This document shows positions 46,931-59,322 of a stretch of 64,000 bases of DNA, one piece after another (within the stretch, counting starts at the first letter, position 1; each line of letters opens with the position of its first letter). A program made the position numbers and the translations under genes. Under the pieces are notes generated by a model that did no database searches, was not told the DNA's origin, and saw nothing but the letters and a program-made list of their open reading frames with translations. This DNA is from Curvularia clavata (lineage: Eukaryota), in the NCBI GenBank assembly GCA_023920165.1, contig CP089275.1, forward strand, positions 3,410,001 through 3,474,000, read 5' to 3'.

Positions 46931-48577
46931 ATGGGAAACATCTTCTCCGCTTTATCCAATGCATTCAAAACTCTCATATCAGCCGTGACCCTTCTCAAGG
47001 CGCTGTCCGATGAATTCAACCAAGCCCTGAAACGCGCGTCCCAATCTCCAGGCCTCCCCAATCCAGCACCAACCCAAAGTTACTGGCTGAACGATCCTCC
47101 ATATCCAGAACTTGTGAATGTCCGCTCTCCCAATCTGCTGCAGACAGCAGACGTAGCAATAATCGGCTCCGGGATCGCCGGGGCTGCGATCGCACGGTCG
47201 CTGTTGCATGAGCGTCACCGCTGCAACACCATTAAAGGCAAGAACGTAGTTGTTCTGGAAGCCCGGGAGCTATGCAGTGGGGCTACTGCTCGGAATGGCG
47301 GGCACATCAAGCCAACGGCGTACGAGGTGTTCGCTCGATTCAGCAAGGCCATGCCGAAAGACCGTGCTGCAGCTTTGACGCGTTTTCAGATGAGGCACTT
47401 GGAATGCCTCGTTGATTTATGTCAAAATGAAGGCATTGAGGTGGCCGAGGCACGGAAAGTTGAGACTGTGGATGTTTTTCTTGACCAGCTGACGTTCGAT
47501 AAAGCGGTCGAACAAGCAGCTGAAATGAGGAAATGGTTGCCCGAGATCGAGGTTGCCATATGGGATGCCAAAAAAGCTCAAGAGGTTTGTAACACCTCCA
47601 AGTAGTATATCTCTCAAGGTTGATGTGAGTAGAAATTCGGCGTGAACAGCGGTGTCGCCGGCGCTGTATCCTACCAAGCAGGCGCCCTCTGGCCGTACCG
47701 ATTCGTTGTGTCTATCTGGAAAAATCTCCTCGCAGAATTCGAGGGTACGCTCTCTGTCGAAACGAAGACGCCTGTGGAGTCAATAAGTTTGCCGGACAAC
47801 GCACCGGAAGGCTTTCCGTACGCTGTTCAGACTGCTCGGGGAATAATACATGTCCGCCATGTTGTTCATGCGACCAATGGGTTTGCAAGCCAATTTGTAC
47901 CCGGCCTCCGCAAGAAGATTGTCGGCGCACGAGCGCACATGTCTGCCCAGCGACCAGGAGAACTATTCCCTAATAGCGGTGGCAGGCGCTCTTGGAGTGT
48001 GATTTATGGTAGTGGATTCGATTATGTCACGCAAAGGCCTTCCGCGGACGGTAATCCTCAGGGAGATATTATGCTTGGAGGCGGCTTTATGCGGTCGCTA
48101 AAGCAGGGTGTGGATCAAGTTGGACTGTACGACGATGGCGATGTCCTTGAGCCTCTGACTGTTTCACACATCTCAGGCGTATTTCCTGCGGTTTTTCATC
48201 CCAGGTGGGGTGCTGGTGGCAGGCTAAAGCAAGTGTGGTCTGGAATCCTGGGTTTAACTGGTGATTCGCTCCCTTTAGTAGGCCGACTGGATGCAAAACT
48301 AACAGGTCGAAACCCTCGGGGTCAACACGGTGTGTTGGATAATAAAAGTCGTTGTGGGGAGTGGACTGCAGCTGGCTTTTGTGGCGAGGGCATGGTATGG
48401 GCTTGGCTTTGTGGGACTGCTCTTGGAATTATGGTTGCTGGAACCGAAGAAGACAATGTGACAGAAGCTCCAGGGAGACCTGGTGGCAAACTGACAGACT
48501 GGTTTCCGTCAGAACTTTTGGTCTCGAGCAAGAGATTACAATCTGCGGATGTGACCAACCTGGCTGACCAAATATAG
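46931..48577 (+). CDS. FAD-dependent oxidoreductase (DAO/glycine oxidase-like family)
   Basis: DVAIIGSGIAG, LEARELCSGATARNGGH, VVHATNG, WSGILGLTGDSLPLVG, AGFCGEGM. Intron 47585-47632. N-terminus MGNIFS fits a myristoylation motif. Confidence 0.88.
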
Positions 48578-50557
48578 ATTGCAATTGGTTAATGTATGGT
48601 TATCGAGATAACATGAAGACATATGTATTCGATTGTGGGGATGGTTTCAGCTGTTTGTGGATGTCAACATAGTCGAAAGATCATTGAGATGAAACTATAT
48701 ATTCATTGAAGGACATCGCTATCAGTTCAGCCACAAGAGCAGTGCAATATGAACACTGACATTGTTTCCAGATCATGACAGTGACGTTGATGGTGCGAAG
48801 GCAGTCGCATTGTAGAATGGACATGGACATGTCCCCCGCTTTTTTTCCCCATACAAACTGCAACAAGTATATCGCATTCTCCATAACATGAGCCGTGTCA
48901 CTTGCCAAGTAATAATGCGATCGCCCGTACTAATTCATGCGATTTAATATCTGATCGCAAAATGCAATGATATATCTTTTCACCAACTGAAGCGGTTTAC
49001 ATCTCTTTGATGTAGGGGAGTGTAGGTACAAACTTACGAACGCCATCTCTAATCTTTTTCCAACATGTTTATCTTCTCGCCAGTACATTTCTCTAATGCA
49101 GAAATTTTGCGTTCATGAGAAACTTCGTTTGTTTCTGAGTTCGCATGTTGTGATACAGAGCATTAACAGTTCATTTGTCGTGTTGCTCAGTGTTACAAGT
49201 GAACCAGCCGTGCCGTGTACATTGAGGTAGGCTCGGACATTTACTTAAAACAATACATTCTGATTTGCTGATCGTCAGCCGTCTGTCAAGTCGAATTACG
49301 GAAACTCTCCGATATTGCCGCAGGATACGCAATTGTAGATCCCATCTGGGCGGCATTATGGAGGTTAAATTCTTCATATGGACATTCATGCTGCGACCCA
49401 CTCCAAGACCATCTGGATCGCATACTTCCCGTCGACCCACCATTCGTCAACCTTTCGAGATAAGCTCACGGAAGACGTGTCGATTTGGAGGAGATCTTGC
49501 AGCGCGAAGTCAATGCCGACGTGTTGTCCCAATTATGAGCAACGGTCAGCAGTCTGCGCCGGCACAGACTCGAGCCGTCAGCACTTGGGTTGCAAACGGG
49601 CCTATTGAAAACTATCTGACCAGGTAATTTGGCAGATACGGCCAAGATCGCACACAGCAGACGTGTCATTGCATCTTCACAGAAGTAAGAGTCCATCTGC
49701 ATCAGTGGATGTCAATCGCAAAATGTTGGACATGGTGTAGCATGCACAGACACAAGTTTGCATGAATGACGGAATATTAAGCTTGTTCGCAATGGCCCCA
49801 AATACAGGGCAGGCCCAATATATCCCGTGACGAGCGGACCGTCTTTTGTTTCCAAGCACCATTCATGCGACGTTGACGGCGTTTCAAGGAGTGCAGGGCC
49901 GGAAAACAAACGCATCAGGCCAATGGCGCACCCTAGTGCCTCGTTTCCCAGGAACACGTTCACTGACTCTCGAGGCCTACACGGGCCCTCAGTGGCTTAT
50001 CAGGCTACAGCTAAGGCCTAGCTTTGCCGCAACGAGATGGCGTAGTTTCAGAACATCATGCGACGCCTTCGCCTGTACACCACTTTGCAGCGCGTTTACC
50101 AGTGTCTTCTGTAACAACAAGAAGACGGTTGGATCAAGAGCCGCGAAACGAGCATAAATAGCATAGGAACGAGGGGTGAAACCGCAGATAGATGTTGTGC
50201 CTTGCTGCAAATATGTGACGAAGACGGACGTAGAGTTTGAACGCGGCCCTTTGCAGTCCCCACGACCCCTGGCGTCCAGGTGTGGCGTGGAGATACCATG
50301 CAAACCCCTGGGTCAGCTGGAATTGCGCGGCCACAGTTAGCGGAAGGCTGCTTGATCGACATAAACACATAGATACTTACGTCCCCCCTTGGTTGCATTG
50401 TCGTTCAAACAACGTTTTCCCAGCACCAAACTGTTTTTGATTCTTTCAGCGACCGACTTACCACCGGAAACCATTATATCTATCCTGGCGATACCCACCC
50501 TCCCTAGAGCGCAAACACTTTCGGAGAATTACTAGAATTTCTTACTCTTGAACCAAA

Positions 50558-50932
50558 ATGTCTGTTTACCCACCACTTTCGCCCAGCGGCCTTCCCAGCT
50601 CTCCACGGGTCAATCGCCAGATGGACTTGCTGTCTCCTCTCGACACATCGATGTCCTCCTCCTCGTCGCCAACATCATCACCATACTCGGAGAAGAAGTC
50701 TGGAAAGAGCGTCGATATCTTCGCCGACGCGACAATTCCTCTGAGCCCAATCTCTACCGCATCGAGTTCGCTCAGCAAAGAGAACCCCTACGAAGGTCTC
50801 CAGCCACGCAAGCGCAGCGGCCTCGCGCGATTCTTCAGTTGCCTAGGCCGCGAAGAGCGCGCCCGACGACGAATGAACCGTGATCTGGAATTTGAAAAAG
50901 TCGGCGAGAAATGCCACTGGACCGAATATTAG
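50558..50932 (+). CDS. Small Ser/Pro-rich hypothetical protein (124 aa)
   Basis: Strong start context (caaaATGtct). Structured-looking C-terminus KRSGLARFFSCLGREERARRR..HWTEY. Confidence 0.6.
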   Translation: MSVYPPLSPSGLPSSPRVNRQMDLLSPLDTSMSSSSSPTSSPYSEKKSGKSVDIFADATIPLSPISTASSSLSKENPYEGLQPRKRSGLARFFSCLGREERARRRMNRDLEFEKVGEKCHWTEY

Positions 50933-51679
50933 ACGCTGTCGATTAGGCGCATTAGCGGTTGCACCTCTGAAACAACCACCAGACCGCGGAGTTGGAATGT
51001 ACCGAGCTGCAAAACATCTGACAGGCTCGTATGTCCATCTCACCACGCGCGAAACTACGCTCCCGACGCACTGGAAACTTTGACTGCGGAGTTCCTACCA
51101 TCATACCCTACCTTACCCAAGAAGCTTCAATGCAGCTGGGCTGTTGATACCACACATCGTCACTGCGACGTTTCCTATGTTTTTCTGTCTATAAACTTTT
51201 GTATCATACCGGGTGCTTCTCGATCCGAGGATCCCCCCGTTGGTTTCTGCTTCATCTTGTATATTTGGTTGCACGTATAACGTGTCTTGTTCAGTAGCAT
51301 TGGTGTTGGAGGTGAACCTTGTGGTTTTGTATATACATTTTAAGGGGTTATTTGTGCTAGGTCGGCGATGAGATCTAGGCCCCATTAAAAGCTGGTTTTA
51401 GAAACCGAGCGAGCAGAAATGTATATGATTTGTCTCGTCGGGAATGATGGCGTAGTATACAAATGAACCTTGCAAGGTGTCTCTGAGAATCACTAGTCAC
51501 GTGATTATGTTAGGCGCTTCCTACGGACATGTCGTTGTGACATGTAACATTGGCAGCAGATGTTCAGTTTTGAGCATCACGAATCACTTGCATATACAGT
51601 AGGGAAAACTTACTATACATCAGCAGCACCAAGACGAGGGCACTCTCTCCTAAGCTCGGTCGAAGAGGGTTGAGATGAT

Positions 51680-52036
51680 CCTCGGCTGCTACGGCTCTGC
51701 CGCGTGCTCAGTCCGTGCCACAGTGGATTTGGGGCACCGTGGGGAACTCGATATCCTCGGCGGAGAGCTACCTGTCCACCACGCGCCGAGCGAAGAAGCC
51801 AATTGTACTTGTGTCTTGGTCTTGTGGCACAGAAGAAGCCAACCAGCTCACCCGTAGCAGTAATCCGCAGCATGGCGCCCGGCCGAGCGGGCATCAGACG
51901 TTCACGCTCGCTACGTCACGCACCTGGGGCCGGATAGCCTAAGCCCCTTGGGGCTCAACCTCGGCTCAACCCCAAGCGGTCCTTCACAGCAACCCACCCT
52001 AGTAAATCAAGCCAGCGCGTGCTCATTTCGCCTCGG
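51680..52036 (+). promoter_or_regulatory. Four CCTCGG (FarA/FarB-type) elements in the CAT2 promoter
   Basis: CCTCGG at 51680, 51755, 51959 and 52031. Confidence 0.65.
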
Positions 52037-52120
52037 ATCTGCTGAAGCTAGGACTTCTGATCTCATCTGCCGTCATTTTTATCTTTCCTCTATCCTCATC
52101 TTCTTCTTTCATTACTTGTG

Positions 52121-54296
52121 ATGTTTAGCAGAGCGGCACGCGCGCGAGTACCCTCCTCGATACTTCGCAAGCCCATATTGACACAGAACGCATTTGCCAA
52201 GCCGAGAGTAGGTTCATCGAATAGAAATTCGCGTTTGGCGGGGCCGACAGGAGCGAAAGAATGTGTGCTGACGTTTCTTGCGTCTAGATTGTCGCAATGG
52301 CTCCCGCAAGAAAGCAGTCGAGTTTGCCAGCTGGTAAGTGGCAGGTGCAGCTTTCACATGCACTTCCCCACCACGCAAATTGTTTCCCCAAGCTGACCAC
52401 CATGGCTGCGCAGGTTACAAGGAGGACCACAGCAAAGGCGCTATGCTGCGCTTTGAGGACTCTCTCCCCCGCCTCCCCGTCCCCACACTCGAGGAGACTG
52501 CCAAGCGTTACCTCAAATCTGTCCACCCGCTGCTCTCCCAGACCGAATATGAGGCCACCACAAAAGCCGTCAACGACTTCATTGCCCCTGGCGGGCCTGG
52601 ACAGAAGCTACAGGAGCGCCTGGTAGCGCGGCGGGAGGACCCCAAGCACAAGAACTGGATCTATGAATGGTGGAATGAGGCCGCCTACATGGCCTACCGC
52701 GATCCCGTTGTGCCATACGTCAGCTACTTTTACTCGCACCGCGACGACAAGAAGAGGAGAAACCCTGCCAAGCGCGCGGCTGCCATGACCACCGCCGTGC
52801 TCGAGTTCAAGAAGATGGTCGACGAGTGCAGCCTGGAGCCCGAGTACATGAAGAAGCTCCCCATGGCCATGAGCTCGTACGAGCACATGTTCAACTGCTG
52901 CCGTGTGCCCAAGAAGCCTGCCGATACCACTGTAAAGTTCCCATACCAAGAGAACAAGCACATCATTGCTATTCGGAAAAACCAGTTCTGGAAAGTTCCC
53001 CACGAGATCAACGGCAAGCAACTGAACACCAGCGAATTTGAACAGCAGTTCAAGTACATCTACGAGAAGGCTGAGAAGTCTCCCGCTGTTGGTGCTCTCA
53101 CATCACAGAACCGCGATGTATGGACAGACGTCTACCCAAAGCTCAAGGCCCATTCCACTGTTAATGCCGCTACCCTGCAAGACATTGAGTCGGCCTCTTT
53201 CGTCGTCTGCCTCGACGACGCTGCCCCAGTCACTCTGGAAGAGCGCGCCCACCAATACTGGCACGGCGACGGCGCCAACCGCTGGTACGACAAGCCTCTC
53301 CAATTCATCATCAACGACAACGGAACCTCTGGCTTCATGGGCGAGCACTCAATGATGGACGGTACTCCTACCCACCGCCTCAACGACTACGCAAACCAGC
53401 AAATCTTCTCCAACGCCCTTCCCTTTGACGATCCCAACGTGCGCTCCAACCTGCCCAGCCCCAAGCCTCTGCGCTTCGAGCTTAGCAAGGAGCTCCAGCA
53501 AGACATTGAGGACGCCCAATCACACTTTGCCCGCCAGATTGGCGCGCACGAGCTGAGGGTACAAGCCTACCAAGGCTACGGCAAGGGCCTGATCAAGAAA
53601 TTCAAGTGCAGCCCTGACGCCTACGTCCAAATGATCATCCAACTCGCCTACCACAAGTTCTATGGCAAGAACCGTCCTACCTACGAGTCTGCCGCAACCC
53701 GTCGCTTCCAGCAAGGCCGCACCGAGACCTGCCGCTCCGTCTCGGACGAAAGCGTCGCCTTCTGCAACGCCATGGCCGACCCCAGCGCCACACCCGAAGA
53801 ATGCCAGCAGAAGCTGCGCGCCGCCCTCGACGCCCACGTCAAGTACATCTCGGATGCCAGCGATGGCCGAGGTGTCGACCGCCACCTATTCGGCCTCAAG
53901 AAGTGCCTCAAGGAAGGTGAGGAGCTGCCTGCGCTCTTCCAGGACCCGGCCTTCTCTTACTCCTCCACATGGTACATTTCTAGCTCGCAGCTGTCGAGTG
54001 AGTACTTTAATGGATACGGTTGGAGCCAGGTCATCGATGATGGATGGGGTATCGCGTACATGATCAACGAGAATACGATTCAGTTTAATGTCTGCTCCAA
54101 GGGGCTGGGCTCGGTAAGTTCTTTTTTCTTTCCTTCCTTTCTTCTTCTCGACCCTGCCGTCGTTCGTGCAATTAGACAGCAAATCGCTAACGTATGCTAT
54201 TTATAGGAGAAGATGAGCTTCTATCTCAACGAGGCTGCCGGCGACATGCGCGATATCATGCTGCCTACGCTTGAGGCCTCAAAGGCCAAGTTGTAG
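52121..54296 (+). CDS. CAT2: Carnitine O-acetyltransferase, mitochondrial/peroxisomal (Cat2/AcuJ)
   Basis: LPRLPVPTLEET, NRWYDK, GEHSMMDG, TYESAATRRFQQGRTE, GRGVDRHL. Introns 52208-52287, 52334-52413 and 54114-54206. Arg-rich N-terminus and C-terminal SKAKL*. Confidence 0.95.
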
Positions 54297-54720
54297 GTGT
54301 CTTTTTGACTGCATTCTTGGATACAAGTGGCGTAGAGGAATCTAGCGAAGAATCTAGCGATATATGTATGTTATTTAGACAACATGTATAGATGGGAATC
54401 ATATTCCTAGAATAAAAATATTTTTAGCCATTCTCGTCTCGCTCCTGGGCTATCCTGAGTCCATCTTCACCTTTGACGTTTGGAAAGAATATAGTGACAC
54501 ATGAAATTGCTACTGTAGCTGTGATTTGCAACATATCAACATACACAGTGAAGAGGAGAATTTTTTTTTGTGGCATGTTCAATATAAATCAAAACCTAGA
54601 CATCACCATCAGGCAAATGGCTGGTTCTGGGGAAACTAGAACGAATTTATTCCAATCCAGGTCCCAAAGCCTCATGTCATTACTAGTATACATTCGTCAC
54701 CCATGTCTCCATTACCGAAT

Positions 54721-56073
54721 CTATGGGTTGGCCTTGGCCCACTCAACACCCTTCTTGATGTTCTTGCTGAGGTCAGAGACGCAGACGTCGAGGAGCTTCT
54801 GCTCGTAGTCGGTGATCTTGCCAACAGGGTGAATCTTCTCAACACCGTTGGGGCCGAGCTCAACGTTGGAGGCGAAGTAGTCGCAGCCCTGGTCCTTGAA
54901 CAGAGGAGAGTCGACAAAAGTAGGCTCGATGACGTTCTTCTGGCCCTGAGCAGCCTTGAGCAGAGACTCGGCGAAGCGGGCACCAGCCATGGCCATGGAG
55001 AGAGTGGCAGAGCCAGCACCGTCCTTGGCCTGGACGACCTCATCACCACCGAACTGAACGCGCTTGACGTACTCGTCGAGCTTGGTGCCCTCGAGGTTGT
55101 AGCCGGACTGGGAGAGGAGGGGAACAATGGTAGCGCCAGAGTGACCTCCAACGACGGTGATGTTCTCGGAGGCGGGGTCGGTGTTCTTCAGCTGGGAGAT
55201 GAAGCGCGAGGCACGGACGACGTCGAGGGTGGTGACACCGAAGAGGCGCCTGGGGTTATAGACACCCTTGGACTTGAAGACCTCGGCAGTGATGGGGACG
55301 GTGGAGTTGACCTGTATATATGAGTATTGTGTTTGAGTTATTAGGTGGTTATTCTCAACGTACGGGGTTGGAGATGATGAGGATGTTGGCCTCGGGAGCG
55401 TGGTCAGCAGCAGCCTTGGCAAGGTCGCGGACAATGGAGGCGTTGGTGTTGAACAGGTCTGTGTCACCGTCAGCTGTGCTACGGGCTGCGATTGCTTTCA
55501 ATGCTTACCATCACGGGTCATGCCAGGCTTGCGGGGAACACCAGCGGGGATGAGGACAATCTCAGCACCCTTGAGGGCCTCAGCGAGACCGGAGGGGGTG
55601 GCGTCATGGCCAGTGACCTATTTGCACATCAGCCCATTGTTCATACGGGGGTGCGGGCAGCATGTTCGTACCTCACTCTTGGTGTTGATGTGGCCAATGT
55701 CGGCAGCGACACCTGTAGAGCATCATTTAGCAAGCGCTCAATGCTCAATGGGTGCCAAAGGCGACCGAAGCGTACCTGGAGCAAGGCGGATATCGTAGAG
55801 CGCGAGCTTGCTAACCCTGGGGTTCAGCTTGAGCAGCAGCGACAATGGCTGGCCAATGCCACCAGCAGCACCGAGAACAGTGACCTTGGAGTTCTGCAGC
55901 AGCCTCAGTTAGTCTCGTGTTGAAAAGAAATGCCAATTGCAGGCCATGAGCGCATCCAATCGCCCCACTAAGAAAAGCGTTCGCAGCGATGCTGGGAATC
56001 GTCGTACCTGGCGGGCCGAAGCCGAGAAGCAGCGGCGCTGGGCCTGGAAGAATGCCTGCCTAGCAGCGAACAT
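54721..56073 (-). CDS. MDH1: Mitochondrial malate dehydrogenase
   Basis: Presequence [22 protein letters not shown], then [53 protein letters not shown] and [10 protein letters not shown]. Five GT-AG introns. Confidence 0.95.
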
Positions 56074-56514
56074 GATGAATGTGATGGAGATGGGAGGAAA
56101 TGGAGACTGGGTTGGACTGAGGAAAGTTTGACGGCGGTGTGGGAAGGCTGCGGGAGGTTTTGCGAAACTTGAACCTGAGAACGTCAGTGCTTCTTCGGCT
56201 GCCCGGAGCTACGGCTGACCCGCCTTCACCTGCACCCCTCCCGCGGGGGTTGCATATCACGCTTTTATCTCTGTACTATTATCAGACGGCCAAGCTTTGT
56301 TTAGCGTGGCTTTGGAACTCCTAATGAGCGACGAGCCTGCTCTTGGACCGCCTAGTGAGAATGGCCGCGACGCGACTGTACTGTTCCTGTGTTGCGTCAT
56401 GTGCACTGACACTTGTTGCTGTGTCAGGTTGACAAGCATCGCGACACGTATTTTTGATGGTTGGTTGCAATAAGCTACCTGCTTCATAACACCACAGAAA
56501 CAAGCCATCTGAAC

Positions 56515-57498
56515 ATGTGTCCGACCATGGCCAGCCCTCAGGAGATATCCCGCAGTGGTCCAGAGCCCCCTCTTCCAGGAGATCTAACTGGCTTATCCCA
56601 TTCCACAGGAGCATTCAACCTATTCGGCCTCCCTCGAGAGCTCCGGGACAAGATATACTCCTACCATCTCTACCGTCCAGGAGGCGTGTACTATACTGCG
56701 CACGCAGACAAGGAATTTTGGTACAGCCGGGAGAGAAGTGACGGCATCTGCAACCTCCTTATCGTGTCCAGGCAAGTCTATCACGAGGCTTTCGAGGTCT
56801 TCTGTTTAACAAACACTGTCGCGCTGTCTACCCACTACAACCCTCGGGAAGGCTACAAGAAACCGCTTGCAGGGTTACTTCGTCTGTTTCCCGATCGAGT
56901 GGCGTCGAGTCTGACAAGGGTGAGCAATACGTACCGCGATATTGTAACGCGGCCAGTGGGAATGTTTGGCTATGCACCTAGTCATGTTAGCATTGCCCAG
57001 GGCGGGGATGGGACCGGGAGGTATCAAAAGTACAACTCGGCCGGAGAAACGTTCGTGGAGATTCTCAGAGACGCTCATTCTCTAGCTCAATACTTCCCCA
57101 AGTTGGTCGCTTTCGAGGCGCACTGGGACCCAGAGCATACGTTCTTTGAGCACCCGGAACAACAAGGCCAGGTGCATGGGATTGCATACTTCCTGAAGCA
57201 AGGCACAGATGAAGGACGGATTGTAACAATGTGGCTGGAGGCGTTGAGGGGATGGCTACAGGGGCAGAACGTGGTACCGCTGGGGTGCGTCAGATTTACT
57301 CTCGAGGGCTTTGCAGCAGATGGCTTCGGGGAAGAGCTTGATATGTCGATGAACGAAGCGTACAGAGCACTGGTCAAGGAGCGAAGTACTGGAGAAGACA
57401 TTGAGGACAGTGGAAGACTGTGGCTGGAGGAGATGGACAGTGAGCAGGCAAATAGGAGAAGGAAGGGGAAGGGGAAGAAGAAGTCGAAACACGCATAG
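56515..57498 (+). CDS. Hypothetical protein with N-terminal F-box-like motif
   Basis: FNLFGLPRELRDKIY and NLLIVSRQVYHEA motifs; basic NLS-like tail. The start may be ATG 56527. Confidence 0.75.
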   Translation: MCPTMASPQEISRSGPEPPLPGDLTGLSHSTGAFNLFGLPRELRDKIYSYHLYRPGGVYYTAHADKEFWYSRERSDGICNLLIVSRQVYHEAFEVFCLTNTVALSTHYNPREGYKKPLAGLLRLFPDRVASSLTRVSNTYRDIVTRPVGMFGYAPSHVSIAQGGDGTGRYQKYNSAGETFVEILRDAHSLAQYFPKLVAFEAHWDPEHTFFEHPEQQGQVHGIAYFLKQGTDEGRIVTMWLEALRGWLQGQNVVPLGCVRFTLEGFAADGFGEELDMSMNEAYRALVKERSTGEDIEDSGRLWLEEMDSEQANRRRKGKGKKKSKHA

Positions 57499-57688
57499 AC
57501 GGACATGCCAACCCTTGCATTTACTTCCTTCCTACACGGACGTGAACGTAGTTTCCGGTCTTGTAGGAGGCACCTTCCAACTATACCTGTCTGGAGCACG
57601 CTTGACCCGATCAGGTCTAGCGCACCAAACTCAAGCCCGTCCTCGAGAATGCAGCGGCCTGATAAACTCACGAAAAAGAATATCAAGT

Positions 57689-57807
57689 ACATACGACCAT
57701 AGGCTCGAGGAAGCAGGATTCCCCGTTCGATCAATCATACTTAAGCTCGAGACCGGTGGACTAGTAGTCAGGTGGGTGACCACTGGCGAATCCCTACTGT
57801 CGTATGT
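57689..57807 (+). rRNA. Dispersed 5S rRNA gene (119 nt)
   Basis: ACATACGACCATAGG...TACTTAAG...TAGTAGTCAGGTGGGTGACCACTGGCGAATCCC..CTGTCGTATGT. The terminal helix ACATACGAC/GTCGTATGT pairs perfectly and is followed by T-runs. Confidence 0.95.
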
Positions 57808-57817
57808 TTTTGTTTTT
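57807..57817 (+). terminator. RNA polymerase III oligo-T terminator of the 5S gene
   Basis: TTTTTGTTTTT directly at the 3' end; a second T-run at about 57839-57849. Confidence 0.8.
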
Positions 57818-59322
57818 GCTCTGCATTTTCGCCCTGTGTTTTTTTTTTTGCCCTGGTCACGGCTGCTCCTTCTCCGTTCATCTACAAATACAAGTGGACA
57901 TTCTCCAGTGAAAACCCCAGGGCCATGACCCCAGACTTTGTCGCAGTCCCGAAATCAACGCAGGGACTGGTCGATCTGACATTGGTCATCACCCTGACGC
58001 TAACGCCAACATCTGGTAGTACCAGAAACATCTCACGCATCGTCTATACATCAGATGGTCCATCGGGCCAGGTTGGAGCGCCTCAATGAGAGGCTGCGAA
58101 ATGGCGACCCGGGTCACTTGGGGTAGCGGCAGTTCCATTTCAGCGCGGGGGGCAACATCATCGCGTGCACTACTACTCTGTGCTGTCCATCATTTGAGCT
58201 CATATTAGGTGCAGATGACAAGGTGCCCCGCAAGCACGCTGCTCTGATACGGTGGTAGACGCGGTAGTGTATCCTAGTTTCCGCCGTCCTTCACTAATAC
58301 GCCATCAGATACTAGGGGTTCCGGTGAGAAGCAATGGTGGCCCATCAGCGATCTGGGGACGGTGGCTCGGTATATGCATACTTGTCCCGTCTTGTTGATG
58401 CACACATGCAGCCTTTGCAGCCGCGACGTTTACTACCTACATAATCCTCAAGGATGTGTGTGCAAGAGTAGCGGTTTCCTTGGCATGATTATGGTCATGT
58501 GAGGCCTAGGAGGGGAAGGGAGTCTTGTATTCAGGCACTCGTTACTTAAGATCTGAGGCTCCTTCAGCTGGCACACAGAATCCGAACAATGTCCTTTTCC
58601 TCCGAGCTCAGTTCGAACAAACGCCGTCCACGCCGTTGCGACAGACGGTAGCAACTGGTTTCCCGACGGGTAGAAGCAAAGGGGCACTTCGGGAAACAGG
58701 TCGCGCTACACCCCAGCCCAGCCTAGCGACGCCTCGAGCGACATCACCGTGCAGCTTCGGGCCCTGCCACCTTCACCCTTCTCCGCACCACCGCACCGCT
58801 GCCTACGGATCCGCCCGGGCCTGAATCCGCTTTCCCTTGGCCCACTCGCCGCCGGCGGAGAACATTCGAAAGCCAGCATAAAGCCACGCTCGTGCTCCCC
58901 GAGTTTCCCAAGAGAAAGCCGCGAGTCAAATTTCCACTCTTGGCCCCTGCACGGTTTGAGATCTGACTACGAAATTTTCCCCTGGGATTGCGAATCCTTG
59001 ACACACAATTCAATCTTTTACCGCTTCTTTTTATTCAACAGACCTCAGCATTTGCGCTAAGTATACATGCGAATCCAATACCTGGCTGGCCACAAGTCTT
59101 CTTCCTAAGCGACAAATCTCCACTGCGACATCACCCCTCTGCTGTCATTGACTGCCTTTATATATATACCATAGCGACACTTCTTCCTGAGCGACATTCT
59201 GCCCAGCGGCATTCCATCCTTTGCGACACTTCCACCACAGCAACAAAGACTCATTCCTTGCGACACATTGAGTCTTCCGCCCACCATATCACCCACCCAA
59301 CTTAGCAACATCCCACGCCACT

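Noticed and set aside
54338..54360. Short tandem duplication GAATCTAGCGA x2 in the CAT2 3' region
   Set aside because: Only two copies, consistent with ordinary slippage. It is not an array or CRISPR.
54700..54723. Possible stop read-through giving MDH1 a cryptic PTS1
   Set aside because: After TAG the frame reads ATT CGG TAA (IR*). There is no PTS1 and no TGA-CTA context.
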